DNA from: Felis catus
Taxonomy: Eukaryota
Direction: 5' to 3'
Assembly (NCBI RefSeq): GCF_018350175.1
Contig: NC_058369.1
Coordinates: 2,978,001 to 3,042,000 of the forward strand
Length of the DNA stretch: 64,000 bases
Position 1 is the first letter of the stretch, and every line of letters starts with the position of its first letter. A program made the position numbers and the translations under genes. This document shows positions 43,251-56,331 of the stretch, piece after piece. The notes under the pieces were generated by a model. The model did no database searches. It saw nothing but the letters and a program-made list of their open reading frames with translations, and was not told the origin of the DNA.

Positions 43251-45449
43251 AGGGCGCCTGGGGGGCTCAGTCAGTTAAACATCCGACTTCGGCTCAGGTC
43301 CTGATCTCACAGCTCATGAGTTCGAGCCCCGCGTCGGGCTCTGTGCTGACGGCTCAGAGCCTGGAGCCTGCTTGGGATTCTGTGTCTCCCTCCTTCTCTG
43401 CCCCTCCCCTGCTCACACTCTGTCTTTCTCTCTCAAAAATAAACATTTAAAGAGATTTAAGGGGTGCCTGGGTGGCTCAGCGGTTGAGCGTCCGACTTCG
43501 GCTCAGGTCATGATCTTGCGGTTCGTGGGTTCGAGCCCCACATCGGGCTCTGTGCTGACAGCTCAGAGCCTGGAGCCTGCTTGGGATTCTGTGTCTCCCT
43601 CCTTCTCTGCCCCTCCCCTGCTCATGGTCTGTCTCTGTCTCTCACAAAGATAAATAAACATTAAAAAAAAATTTTAATAAAAAAAACGATTTTTACCGTT
43701 ATGCTTTGCGTCTTTTATCACGATTAGAAATTAAGGAAGAAAGAGAAAGAATGGAAGGAAAGAGGGAGAGGGGGAGGGAGAGCCACGTCTTGCTTCACAA
43801 CTGTTTTTGAACAGCGCTTGAGATTTTTTTAAACGTTTGAACGAAACAAAAGCATATTTTATAACACGTGAAAACGATATCCATTTCAAATTTCAGTGCT
43901 TATAAAGTTTTATTGGCACACAGCCTGTGCCTGTTCGTTTACTCACAGCCCACAGCTGATTCTGCCCCATGATGCCAAGGTCGAGTGGCTGCTAGAGGCA
44001 CGGTGCGTGGGCTGCAAAGCCAAACATATTTATTATCCTGACCTTTACGGAATACGTTTGCTGTCCCGCGACCCAAAACAGTGTTTGCCATATAGGAGGT
44101 GCTCAATATACAGAAAGCTTACTACTAAACATCTCAGTGGAAGCGACTGACGTGGTTTATGACGGTGTTCTCTGGACAGCAACGAACCTGGGTTAAGTTT
44201 CCGCCTCTGCCAAACTCAGGTGGGTTCCCATCTCAATGCCTGTGTTTCTGCATCAGAAAATGAGGGCCAACTAGAACGGTAACATGCAAAGAGCTTCATC
44301 TGGCAAATCTGGGAGACTAAGAGTACGGCAGCCTTAGCTACTGATTGTCACTGTCCCTCATGAATCCAGGCCCCGGCCTCCACAATGAGCAATTCACAGT
44401 CCCTTTTGTCTCATCCACTCTCCCCCTTCCCCGCCCGCTCACTCTTAGTATTTTTCAGCAGATCTTGTATCGTGCCTTCTGTAAATACGCCCGAAGTATT
44501 TTTCATGTTAAAAAAAAAAACACCAAAAAACAAACAACTTGAGAAATCTGAACGTCTGTACCTGGGTTGATCGTACTGTACCAACATCGCTTTCCCGGTT
44601 TGGGTAACACACAGTGTTTTCGGAAGACGTTATCGTTGGGGGAGGCTGGGGGAAGCGGATGAAAAACTGTCCGTACTATCTTTGGAATTTCTTGCTAATC
44701 TGAAAACGGTTTCGAAAGTTTCAAAATTGTGATGAAAATAACATAAACCCTGTAAAATTCGGGTCTGGGGGAAGTGAGTGAGGTCACATGCATTTGCTGA
44801 GGTGGATGCTACCCTCGACTTAAAAATTTTGGTATTTTTGTCATCATGGATTTTTTTTTTTTTTTTGCCTTCTCCTCCTTCTCCTTCTTCGTTTTAATGT
44901 TTATTTATTTTTTTTATTTCCAGAGGGAGGGAGGGAGAGAGAGTGCGCAGGTGAGCAGGGGACGGGCAGAGAGAATCCCAAGCAGGCTCCAGGCTGTCAG
45001 CACAGAGGCGGATCAGGGGGGATCAGGGGCTCTATCTCAAGACAGTGCGATCACGACCTGAGCAGAAGTCAAGAACGGATTCTCTAGCAACTGAGCCACC
45101 CAGGTACCCCTTTTGCGGTTGTTCAACCATCGAGCCACCCAAGCAAGCGCCTCGCATCCTTATTAAAAAAAAAAAAATCACATTAACATATCTTACAACC
45201 TAGTGATTTGGGGTGCTTCCTTAAATTTCTCTTCATTCCTGCCCTGAGAATCATGAACTCAGGATATGAGCCCTGGAACACACGTTTTCGAATTTATTTT
45301 TATTTTTATTATTTTAAGACTTTAAGGACACTTGATCCCTAAGGCGGGGCTGGAACTCACGACTCCGACATCCAGAGTCTCACGCTCTTCTGGGCCAGCC
45401 GGGCGGGCGCCCTGGAAACACACATCTTTGCTCTCTCGCCTCCCGCTTT

Positions 45450-46550
45450 TGACACAACCAAGTTTGAGCTGCGCTGCCCGCGCGCGCTGGGGAGCCAAGG
45501 AGGGCTCTAGAGCAGGGGAGGCCCCAGTTAGCGCAGATTCCAAAGGTTACCGTGGGTGGGGAGGCGCGACCCGCGGGAGGGTCGCTCGCAGGGGCGGAGC
45601 AGCGCGGGCTGCAGGGAAGCGGGGGAGGAGGTGGTCCTTCGCCGGTCCGGGGCCAGCCGGGGGGCGCCGCGCGCCCGCGCCCCCTCGCCCCCGGCCGCGC
45701 CAGGACCCGGATGTGCGGTGCGCGGGGCGCCGCGCCGCTAGGGCCGCACCGCGGGGCGAGGCTGGGCGCCCGACTGCAGGCGCCGGCAGTCGCTGCGCTT
45801 GGAACACCCATCCCCTCCCCCGAGGCCGCCGGGCCTCAGGGCTCGCACCTGGCGGCCGTCCTGCGCGGGGGCCGCGACACCTGGCTGCATTGTTGTCGCC
45901 ACCGCCCCCTCCTTCCCTCCTTCCCTCCTTCCCTCCCTAGGCAGGACCCAGCGCTGAACCCCACCTGTGCAGGGCTAGTATCCCTTTAAGAAGCCAGACG
46001 CCGCCAGGGGTGGGCGTGGCTGCCGCGAGCGAAGGGAGGGTGGCGGCGTCGGGCCTCCCTGATTGGCCCGAGGCCCGGGCGGCGGTCGCGCGCGCCTGCG
46101 CACTGCGAAGCACCGCTCGCCGGCCGGGGGGAAGGAGGGCGCGCGGGTGCTAATTGGCCGCCATGGCGGCCCCGCCCGCGAGTGGCGGGCGGTCACGTGA
46201 CGCGACGGCTGGGGGCTCCCGGCGCGGGGGACGCTGGTGGCCAAGATGGCGGCGGAGCTGGTGGAGGCCAAAGTGAGTGAGCGGCAGCGCCGGCCCGGGC
46301 GGGCGGGAGAGGGGGCGGGGGCCGGGCGGCGGGCGGAGGTCTGCGCCTTCCGCCTGGGGCCCCACCGCGCGGCCCGCTCGCGGTTCGCTGCCCGGCCCCT
46401 CGCCCGCCCCTGGTCCTGGCGCGCCGGGTGCGGGCGGGGGGCGGGGAGGCCGGGGGCGGGGCCCCCCAAACCTTACCCTAGCTTTCGGGCTGGGGGTTGG
46501 TTCCCGGGCTTGAGGCGGGGTCGCCCCCCCCCCCACTAGCCCTAGTGGTT
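45450..46550 (+). promoter_or_regulatory. PIAS4 CpG-island promoter
   Basis: Dense CpG; inverted CCAAT (46062, 46153); NRF1-like GCGCCTGCGCA 46092-46102; E-box GTCACGTGAC 46192-46201; YY1 motif AAGATGGCGGC over the start codon. Confidence 0.85.
46246..46272 (+). CDS. PIAS4: PIAS4 exon 1 coding part (MAAELVEAK)
   Basis: aagATGG; AAA|gtgagt; 27 nt. Confidence 0.96.
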
Positions 46551-49500
46551 AGGGTCCAGTCTGCCTAAGCACGGGGACAGGGCCGCGCCTCCCAGCTAGA
46601 GGAACAGTCCTCCGGACAGCATGACGGGCTGGGCTGCTCGTCCCCTCCTCGCTCTGAGCCGGGGTCCTACGCTCTGGCCTGGGGTGGGGGGAGGTGTCTT
46701 CGCCTCTCCACCCCCCACGGCACGGAGGACTAGCATCTGGGTCTCAGCCTCCCCGCCCAGCAGACCAGCTGGGGTCGGCGACTCCTTGATCGGAAGGGTC
46801 CCTTGATCCTGCTGCCACCGATTCCACCATCCGGGGTGATGACCCAGGGGTTCGAAGCACCCGGAAACACAGTGTTCTTTGGGGGTCTGTACCCTGGGGT
46901 GGAGTTTGGACCCCTAGTTCAGCTCCCGCGTTGGTCCCAGAGCCCCGCCCCCCTCCTGACACCATCTCTCTCGCCCTCCGAGTGGGGCACCGAGTCACTT
47001 GAGTTTGCTCTCCAGCCTGGGATGGAGCCCTGCTCCCTGTTCTCTGTTCAAAGCCTTCCTAATTCTCTCCTCGTTCTCGGGTCCTGGGCTCTGCCTTCCT
47101 CTCCCGTCTTACTTACCCTGGGGACAGCATCTGTGAGGCTTTGGACTCTGCTCCTGGGGTCTGTAAACTTCACCCTAGCAAGATCAGGCCCCATACTGGC
47201 CGTTTCTCCTATACTCCCTGGTGAGTCTACTCAGATCATACTCCCCCCACACAACTCCCAGACCCCTGCTTTGGATCCTTTTACGCACCCTGACTCTGGC
47301 TTCTAAGGCTCGCTCTCCCTTGCTGCCGGTTTTTTGCACCGATTCATGGAGAGTCCCCCACCTCTTTCTTTAGTGCTCCTCGTGCTTACTCCATTTTGGG
47401 GTCCAGGTTCCACGTCCCACAGATGCCATCCCTGTTCTAGGGATGTACCTTTTTTCCAGGTACCTCCCTCACGGCAAGGCTCCAGAGACCTTGTCCCGAA
47501 CTACACTGGGGTTGTTTTCTTCCTCCTTGCGAAGTTTACTCCAGGCCTTTGGTGGCAGCGAAGTGGGGCACCGGACCTTTGCTGGACAGAGGCTCCGCCC
47601 CCTGCCCCGCCCCCAGTCTCCCCTCCCCAGGGTCCTGACCTGTGAATGTTTTCTTTCTCGGGTTCCTCTTTCTCCCTTCCTTTCCCACTGAGATCTGAAA
47701 TGCAGCTCCCTTCACCCCCCGGAGTGTCCCCCCCTCCATGCCTGCACCACACGCCCTACCCGTGTCTAGCGTTTGGAGAAATTTGAGACTTGCCCTGGAG
47801 ATGCGGAGGTCTGGACTCTGCAGGCCCAAGGTGGCAGCTGGTGGGCTTGAAGTCCCCCGGAGCCCTGAAATTCAGCCGTCCTGTGGGGCTGTGATTCTGG
47901 GCCCCTGGGCCCCTGCTCCCCGCCGCCCCCCGCCCCCCCCCCCCCCAGGGTGGGGACTAGATTCTTCTATACCATCCAGGGCCTTGAAATCCGATCTGAT
48001 GAACTCTACTTGACCCTCCGGTGGCCGGGGGGGGCCCCCCACCCCAATTAAATCAAGTTGACCCTTCTTTCGAGTTGCCTCAAACGGGCGCCTCTGTTCA
48101 GTGAATCCCCTGAGGTGGTGTGTGGCATTTTGCACAGGCCCCCTGTCCCCCGGAGACCAGGACCTGAGCTTTTCCCCCCTCATGCTCCGGGGGACCTGTC
48201 CCCGAGGCAGGTTGAGGGAACGGGCAGCTCTGCCCAGGCTGTTTTTCCACGCAGCTCCAAACGAGCCCAGAGTTGAGACTGTGGAAGCCGCTGGGGCCCG
48301 GTGCTGTTTACAAACACGGATCTGAGGGCCAGGCGGGGTAGGTGGAAGCCATGGCAGGAAGTGATCTGCAAAGCGCTCGGGGCGTCTTCCTGAGCGTGTG
48401 TGCCCCTGTCACGCTGTCCCCCCCCCTCCCCCCCAGTGTCAAGGGCGGGCTTCGTGGTGGTGGCAGCTGCTGAGAAATCCGAGTCGTGAGCATATGGCAG
48501 CTTGAGGGATGTGCCCCAGGATGCTCGTGCGGCAGCTCGGGATGTCCAACCTGGTGAAAGGGCCAGGCCTCGGCGGGGGCGGGGCGCTCCCAGGGGCGGG
48601 ATCGGGTTAGAAGATGCCTTGTGGTCAGACTCGGCCCGCCGAGCCCACCTGCCTTTAGCTCCGTGGCGGGGAGTCAGCTTCCACATGACATCGCCTCTCC
48701 CCTCCAAGGCCTTGGGCCTCTTCCAGAAGAAACATCTTGCCTGCAAGCCTATTTTCTCTGCTCAAGGTAGGAAGTCAGGCTAAGGAAGGTGAAGTCTCTC
48801 CGTTTGCACAAGCGTTCGGGGCTCGCTGAGGGCCGGCACAGTGCTTAGGTCCCGAGGCAGGAGCTGTGCTGGGATGTGAGGGTCCCCAGGCCCCCAGACA
48901 GCTGGGTGGGAGCGGAAGGAAGCGCCCTCAGGAGTCCGATGGCCCCTGCCGCTGACTACGCAGGGAGGCTCTGGGCCGGCCGCTTCTTTCTCGGAGCTTC
49001 AGCCGACTCACCTGCCTGGCGGGCACGGCCCCCTGCGAGACTCGTGAGCAGGAAGTGGCCGTGTGGCAGACCTTGCGCGTCCATAGTGCAGGGCTGGGAA
49101 GAAGGCCCTACAGCAAGGAAAGGGCTCCCCCTTGAGATTTTGCAGGCCGGCCGGGCACCCCGCGCACCGGTATCTGGTTTTGTGCCCCGACAGCCCCTCC
49201 GCCGTCAGCAGGTGTCTGTCTGCTATACGCCTGGGAGAGGGTACACATCTTGCTTGGATAGAGAGCACAGAGGGGCCTGACAGAGGGGCCAGGGTCGTCT
49301 GGGAACCCGGGGCTTCTGAGTCCCCCTGCTGCCGTCAGACTCCACGCCTCACCCTTGAGCAGCCAGGAAACGGGAAACCCCAGAGCCTTTTGGCACTGAG
49401 ACCACTATGTAAACACCCTGGCCGGGTTCCCGCCCGCCCCCGACTGTCAGACTCTTAAGTTGAATTTAAGGGCTTTATGGGTTTCCTTGGGTGCCGTCCT

Positions 49501-51006
49501 GCCCTGTGCTCGCCAGCTTTCCATACCTTCCCTCATCGCGTGTACCTGTTTCCCCCGTTCCCCTGGAAGTTTCTTCTTCCCACCACATTGCGTTCATCAC
49601 AGGCCGGCTTTGGGGCTCGGTGCGGGTGGCCCATCCTTCAAGGATACTTTGCTCATGTAGCATGTTGGGGGACCCTCACACCCCTCACTCCCCCTTGGCG
49701 TCCGGGGTCTCACAGAGGGCAGGCCGCAGCCGGGCAGCCCCAAAGAAAACACTGGCATCAGCTGAGCTCTTGTGTTCGGTTTGGTTTAGTTGGAGGGACC
49801 CTGCCAGACCTCTTTCGTCGCTTTGCCGCAGCTCAGTGAGCGGCCTCTGTGGCTGCTGGATCCCCGAAGCCTTCCCCTTAGACCCGCGGTTCTCGGTGGG
49901 GACGATCCCCTCCCCAGAGGATGCTTTGTAGCGTCCGGGGGACGTTTGCGATGGTCACCGCTGGGGTCTGGGGCAGCTCCTGGCATCGAGCGGAGGGAGG
50001 CCGGGGATGCTGCGGAGTACCCCACAGTGCCCAGGGCGGCCCCGCCCCAGAGAACAGTCCAGCCCCGCTGTCCACAGTGTCGAGGCAGAGAAGGCCCGCT
50101 GGAACGCGGCGGACGTTTGATGCTCGCCAGCGCTCAGCTCCGTGCGGACGCCTGCGGTGCCCAAGGGGGAACTTACCCCCTGGCTTCAGAGTCAGGCCCG
50201 GGCCTAGGTTTAGGTCTTGGCTCTGACATGGCGCTCACCCCGGCCCGGCAGGGTCGTTTTGAGAATCAGAGTTAAGTATATGATCACGTGCACAGCTCCG
50301 TTCCTGGCAGGTGATCGGTACTAGGTTGTGGCTCCCATTCTCCAGAGGGAAGGGAAAACGCGTTTGTGGCCAATGTTGATTTACTCTGCTTTCCGTGTAC
50401 GTTGCCTCCTCTGGTCCTCCCCACATCCTGATGAAGTGAATCCTGTCGTCCTGATGAAGAGACCGAGGGTCAGAGAGGCCATTAGTGTGCTTGGCTAGGG
50501 AGCGGCTGAGGCTGTTTACGGGTAAAGCAGGATCCTCAGTTCCTGCCCTGGGGATGCTTTCAGGCTTGAAGATGGGAAACGGGAACCTAAAATAGAAGGC
50601 AGTGGTGTGTGTGTGTGTGTGTTGGGGGGGGGGGCAGTCAGAAGCTTTTGCTGCGTTGGCAATGCTGAGGGAGGTTCGAGGAGGAGGAGGGGAGCAGGGC
50701 TGAGCTGGGAGGGGGCATCACAAGGAAGGGTGAGCTGGCAGCCTGAGCAAAGACACGGAGGTGGGACCGAGCCTGGGCTAGTGGGCCAGGTGCTAAAGCT
50801 GCCTCCTCCTCCTGGGTCCTTGCTCCCGCCAGCTAGAGTGAAGGGGGCTCGGGGGCGGGGCCAGGCGGCACCTGATGGGGTCTCACTTTGCCGTCCCCCC
50901 CTAGTTAGGGCCCAGGGGGCTCCGGAAAGCCCCTTGTCCCATGGACCGCCCCTGAAGCTGGCAGCGTCCCTTCTGAGCACGTGTGTCTGTGGTTGCTTTT
51001 TCTCAG

Positions 51007-51433
51007 AACATGGTGATGAGTTTCCGAGTCTCCGATCTTCAAATGCTCCTGGGTTTCGTCGGCCGGAGTAAGAGTGGACTTAAACACGAACTTGTCACCC
51101 GGGCCCTCCAGCTGGTCCAGTTTGACTGTAGCCCTGAGCTGTTCAAGAAGATCAAAGAGCTGTATGAGACACGCTACGCCAAGAAGAGCTCGGAGCCTGT
51201 CCCCCAACCCCACCGGCCCCTGGACCCCCTGACCATGCACTCAACCTATGACCGGGCTGGCACGGTGCCCAGGACTCCCCTCTCGGGCCCCAACATTGAC
51301 TACCCCGTGCTCTATGGGAAGTACTTGAACGGACTTGGACGCTTGCCCGCCAAGACCCTCAAGCCAGAAGTGCGTCTGGTGAAACTGCCCTTCTTTAACA
51401 TGCTCGATGAGTTGCTGAAGCCCACAGAGCTGG
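51007..51433 (+). CDS. PIAS4: PIAS4 exon 2 (SAP domain, LQMLL motif ... KPTEL)
   Basis: cag/gtgagt; 427 nt. Confidence 0.98.
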
Positions 51434-51589
51434 GTGAGTCTGCCACTGCCCTGGGGGTCCCACCGGGCATGGGACCAGTGGCCACGGCCAGCCCGTCACC
51501 GCCCCGGAGCGTTTTCTGGGGACCAACGAGGGCCATGGGGTTGCGGGGGGCTCTCCCTCTCAGGAAGCGCAGGGGCTACCTCTGAATCT

Positions 51590-51930
51590 TTATATTAGCC
51601 ACATAGCGTCGTCTCGCAATTGACCCCAAATTTTAGTAGCTTAAAGTAGTGGACGCTCATCTGCTCTGTTTGTGAGCATCAGAACTCGGGAGTGGATTAG
51701 CCGGGTGGTCCTGACTCAGGGTCTCATGAGGTCTCAGTAAAAAGCTGTTGGCTGGGGGCTGTCTCATCTGAAGGCCCGACTGGGGCTGGCATCCACCCAC
51801 TCACCTGGCTGCCGGCAGGACTTGGCTTCTTGCTGGCTGTGGACTAGAGACCCCAGTTCGTGCCACACGGTGCCCGTGGACGGCTCGAGCGTCCTCGCTG
51901 TGTGTAACGGTGGCCGGCTTCCTCTGGAAC
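51590..51930. mobile_element. MaLR LTR fragment in PIAS4 intron 2
   Basis: ccccaaattttagtagcttaaa...gtctcatctgaaggcccgactggggctgg. Confidence 0.6.
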
Positions 51931-54900
51931 CAGTGGGGGTGGGGGGGGAGGGAGGGTTCGTGTGCACATCTGTGTAGGATCAGCCAGAAGCCACGTCCTC
52001 TCGATGCCCTAAGCTTCGAAGCGGCATGACCTCGTGTTCTCTGCTTTGCATCGCGTCCGTCCCACAGACCAGCTCTGTACATCGTGGGTGGGGAGTGGAC
52101 CGGGCTGGGCCGTCCAGAGGCAGGGATCGCTGGGGGCCCCCTGGGATGCTGGCTTCCAGGTCCTAACTCCCAGTGGGTGGCAAAGGGGCTGGAAGTTGGA
52201 TCCAACCTTTCTTCTGCAGAGGGTAGGCGCCCCATGGGAGCAGCCTTGGCCAATGGGTTCGGGCCTGTCAGCATGGGCCAGCTGGCTAGGGAATGGCTAG
52301 CCATGCCCCCGAGAGGTACGCCGGGGCTGGAGGAGACCCATGCCAGGGCTCTGTGGCTCCTCCCTGCTTATTCATCTGGCCCCCGTGTTGATGGGGCACC
52401 TGCCGCGTGCCAGGCCCCTAGAGCGGCGCACGCGGCCAGGCCCCCAGCCCCCAGCCCCTTGCCAGCGGCTGTGATGATGGGGCCGGGGCGGGCGTCAGCC
52501 TGGTCTCGGCCTCACGTGCTGCCCCGATCTCAGGGCAGGGGGGGCCCACCCTGGGAACGCGGCAGGAGACCGAGAGCGCCCCCCGCCCTCGCGAAGGTTC
52601 CCTTCCGGCTTTCCTCGTTCAGGGCCTAGAGGTGCCCCCAGCCTCGTCGGAGCCGTGGGTCCTGCCACCCCTGCAGCCCATTCCCCATTTCTCCCTTTCA
52701 ACCCCCGCGTCCTTACCGCGCCCCCGCTGCACACCTGGCCCTGGCCCTCATCGTGCGTCGGTCCCTGCGTGCCGTGGCAGAGGCCACGGTCCCTCCGGGC
52801 CCCCACCCGCCATGCCCCTCGCTGTGTGGTTCGCTCCCTCCCACCCTGCTGACCCAGCGTCCTGTCTCGCTCGGCCAGGGGGCCCCTCTCTGCACGCAGC
52901 GTTCCACGCCGGCCCGTGCCAGCCAGCCCGCCGTGTCCAGCCCCCTTCCTCGCCGGAGCCCTTGAGCTCCGTGAGGTTCGGGGAGGGGGCTGTGGTTCCG
53001 GGAGAGGCTGCGGGGGTGGAGGAAGGAGTCGCCGCGGGTCTGGGCCCGGGACCCTGAGGCTCTGCCCTCCTGCCTCCTCTCGGGCAGTGTTTGTCACCAG
53101 CCCCCGGGTGGGGAGCAAGTTGCCATAGCAGCACCTGTTGTGGGGTCGACGTGGCCGCACCGGAGACCCGAGGCCCTTTCCTGAGCTTCTGGACGCCTTC
53201 CCTGTCTGCTCCCCCCAGCTTCTCTGTGCATGTTGGAAGCCACTCTGCCCCTACCCCCAGGGACTCTGGCAGGCTCTGCGGGCCTTGGGACTGGCTGGCT
53301 CTGAAGGTCAGGTTGACGTTTCAGGTTCCTAAGGACTCGAGGATGATCTTCGTGATAGAGAGGCTGGGTTTTCACCGGGAAGCAGTAAGGCTTGGCACTG
53401 GGTGGGGGACAGAGGTGACTTTGAACTCCAGGGCCGGCAGCCTCCCTCCCCTGCCTGGACCATGGGCTTCCTTCCTGCATGGCCCACTCCCGCCCCCGCC
53501 CCACAATGCATCACTTTGCCCTGAGCCCCCGGGGACCCCAGTCACCTGATCTCCGGGAGAGTCTGCTCCCCTGTCTGCACCAGGAATGACTCTGCTGGCG
53601 GCTCAGAACAAAGAGGCCGACCCCGCCCTGCCCTTGTTCCCACCCACTCCCCCGCCCCTATCCTGAGTGCACCCCTTCCCTGGCTTCCCTGGGACTCCCA
53701 TCCTCGGGGACCCCCTGGCGGCTGCCAGGTTCATCGGGAGAGTCCTCGTGGGGCCCAGATCTGGCCCCGAAGCGGTCTGGTCCCTCTGTTCCAGGACCAG
53801 CGATGTTGGCCACCCGCCCCTCAACCTGGGCGCCTCCCTGTGGCAGCTTCTGCAGCCCTGGCGTTGCCCCAGAGCCACTCCACCAGGCTCGAGCTCAGCC
53901 GGTTTCCCCCTCCCCCTCGCTCCTGACCATGACCTGCTGACCAAAATGAGGTCCAAACACTCTGGTCTGTTTCCCCGGAAGAGCCGCCGGCCGGCTCTAG
54001 CTCCAGGATGGAGACCGTGCCGGGTGCAGAGGGGACATAAATCACAGGGAGTGGAATGTTTGGGTTGGGGGAGGGGAGGAGAATAATGGAGTCACAGACC
54101 CAGGAGCTGGAAGGACCTCAGGAGACAAATGATGTGCTGCAGTGGGGCCGGCACCTAGAAAGGTCGGGAAACCGGCCCGAGGTCACACACCATCCTGAGG
54201 AAGGGGCCCCGGGGCCGTGTTCTCAACTCTGACCCTCCCCGAGTCATCGTGCCCTGCACCCCTGTGGGGAAGAACCCATCTTGAACCCCATGACGGTTCT
54301 GGAGCCCAGGCCGCCTCTTAGCTCGAAGAGCCCGGCTGTCCTCCCCAGGAGAGGGGCACCCGATTCCCGACCACGGCAGAATTCGGGGGAGGTGTGCCAG
54401 GGAACACGGTCCTGGTCGCGGTGTCAGCGGCCAGTCTGACGGGGGGAGGCCCGGACCCCCGTCTGGGCGTGTGGGAGAGAGGAGAGGCCGTCCTGAGGCT
54501 TGAGGGCAGAAGGAAGGAGACGTGTTGACCTGAGCAATGCTGCTCCGCGAGGCTCTGGCGTCCTGCGGCCAGCGGCTCGGGCTGTGGGGCTGTCCGTGTC
54601 CCTGCTGCCCTGGAGCGATGGTGCCCGAGTTCCCCCTGGCTCTCTACGTGCCCCTACAGCTGGGTGGCCCGACGCTGGTTGAGGCCTGCCGGTCCGGCAC
54701 CTGCCCTGTCGTGCGGGGCACACGTGCGTCCCTCACCCAGCCCCTGAAGCCTTTGGGTGGTATTGCCCAGGCAGCCAGGCAGGCGTGGGGTCCCCCGCCT
54801 GGAGTGTTCTGCCGGGAAGCTGCACTAGACATGATTAAATGGTGCCTTGAGAGGAGTGATTGGGGGGTGCAGGCTTCCCTGGGGGCAGCCAGTGCCAGGA

Positions 54901-56331
54901 GCACCCCATTATGCATTTGTGAGGAGGTGGCAGTCAGGAGGCTTCCTGGAGGAGGCCGGGTTCCAGACCTGAGGGCCGAGTAGCCATAAGCATGACAGAG
55001 AGGAGGGAGCAGGGGAGCGGGGTGGCGGGCACAGGCCTGTCAGCGAGCGAGGGCTCAGGAAGGGAAGGCGTGGGGGCGGGAGCCGTGTGGCACAGGAGAG
55101 AGAGGCCAGAGAACGCGGGATGAGCGGGCCATGGGGATAGTGGGGACCGACTGGACTGTCCCGAGGGCTTCGGGGTCGCTGAAGGTCTGGTGAACTTTTC
55201 CAGGTCTCCTTTCGTTGGGTCCTTTCTGGGGTGGGTGTTCCCCCTGAGGCGCAGAGCCCCCTCCGTGGTTCCTCAGGTCCATTCCAGGTCCGGTCTCCCA
55301 GCTTCAGGCCCACCTGCCTGGCCGCCCCCCTGGTCTCTCCCTATACGTCACCTGCGTCTTCCCCAGCAGTCAGAGGAAGCTTAAAGTAGTGGGCTGGTCG
55401 TGTCCCTCCTCTGCTCAAAACACTCCCATGACCCGCTGACTTTTCTGCCTGGTCCCCTCCCTGCCCTCCCTCCCTCTCTCTCTCTTCCTCCCTTTCCCAC
55501 TCTGCTCCAGCCACACAGGCCTCACTGTTCCTCCAAACCACGAGGCCTGGTGCTGCCCTGGGGCCTTTGCACGTGCTGTTCCTGCTGTCTCACGCTTTCC
55601 CAGAGCCTACATGGGCCTTCCCTTCCCAGTCACCTAACCTAAAGCTCGCCTTCTCTCCTAGTCGCTTTCCCTCATCTCCTTACCGCCCTCTTATCCCCTG
55701 CGGCCCTGTCCCCGACCCTGACATTGCTTGTTAATCTGTATGTGTTTTTTGACGCCTGGGCCTCGTTTGTTCCGTCGCTGCATCGACGGTGTGGAGCAGG
55801 GCAGGGGGTGCCCGTGTGAGCAGAGGCTCGTTGCTGGGAAGCAGTGTGGGGGGCCACGGTGAGAATGACCTTGAGCTAACATTCTGCAGCTCTCCTTCAG
55901 CGTGTGAGCCCCTTCCATCCGCGTAACTTCACGGGGGCAGCGAGTCACGAGCCCGCCGGCTGCGTGTGGGAGCCCCTGTGAGTGGCGGAGGTGGGCGTGA
56001 GCCCGGAGCCCCCGACCCAGGGCTTGTGCCTGCTTGCTCCCTGCTGCCCGCCAGGCCCTCTGCACCCAGCCCGGGGCACCTGCCTTCCCATCTCTTCCCG
56101 CAGCACCACCGCAGCGCCACTCGCACCAGCCACACCACCTCTGAGACCTCGACTGCCCCATTCGGGGGCCTGCGGCTACATCGTGGTGGGGGGGGGGCTG
56201 GGCCAGGAGTCAGAGACCTTGTGGGTCTGGGGGCATTGGCTTAGAGGGTGGGCCTTTCTCCTTCTCTGAGGTTCTAGGGTGCAGGAGGCCATAGGCCAGC
56301 GGGAGGGAGACCAGGCCTATCTGATTGACTT

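Larger units (their letters stand above)
32084..45415. mobile_element. Repeat-dense EEF2-PIAS4 intergenic block with about twenty CanSINEs plus L1, L2, MaLR and MER elements
   Basis: SINEs start near 32084, 33600, 33810, 35484, 36489 (nested copy, TSD agagcatgtgatt), 37703, 38078, 38753 (TSD tcaagatccttc), 39470, 39787-40280, 40993, 41750, 42622, 43251, 43460, 44890 and 45295. Confidence 0.9.

Noticed and set aside
50425..50480. Duplicated TCCTGATGAAG resembling a hammerhead core (CUGAUGA) or a box C
   Set aside because: No GAAA after the GACC/GGTC stem, no stems I or III, no matching box D. The context looks like a decayed MIR.
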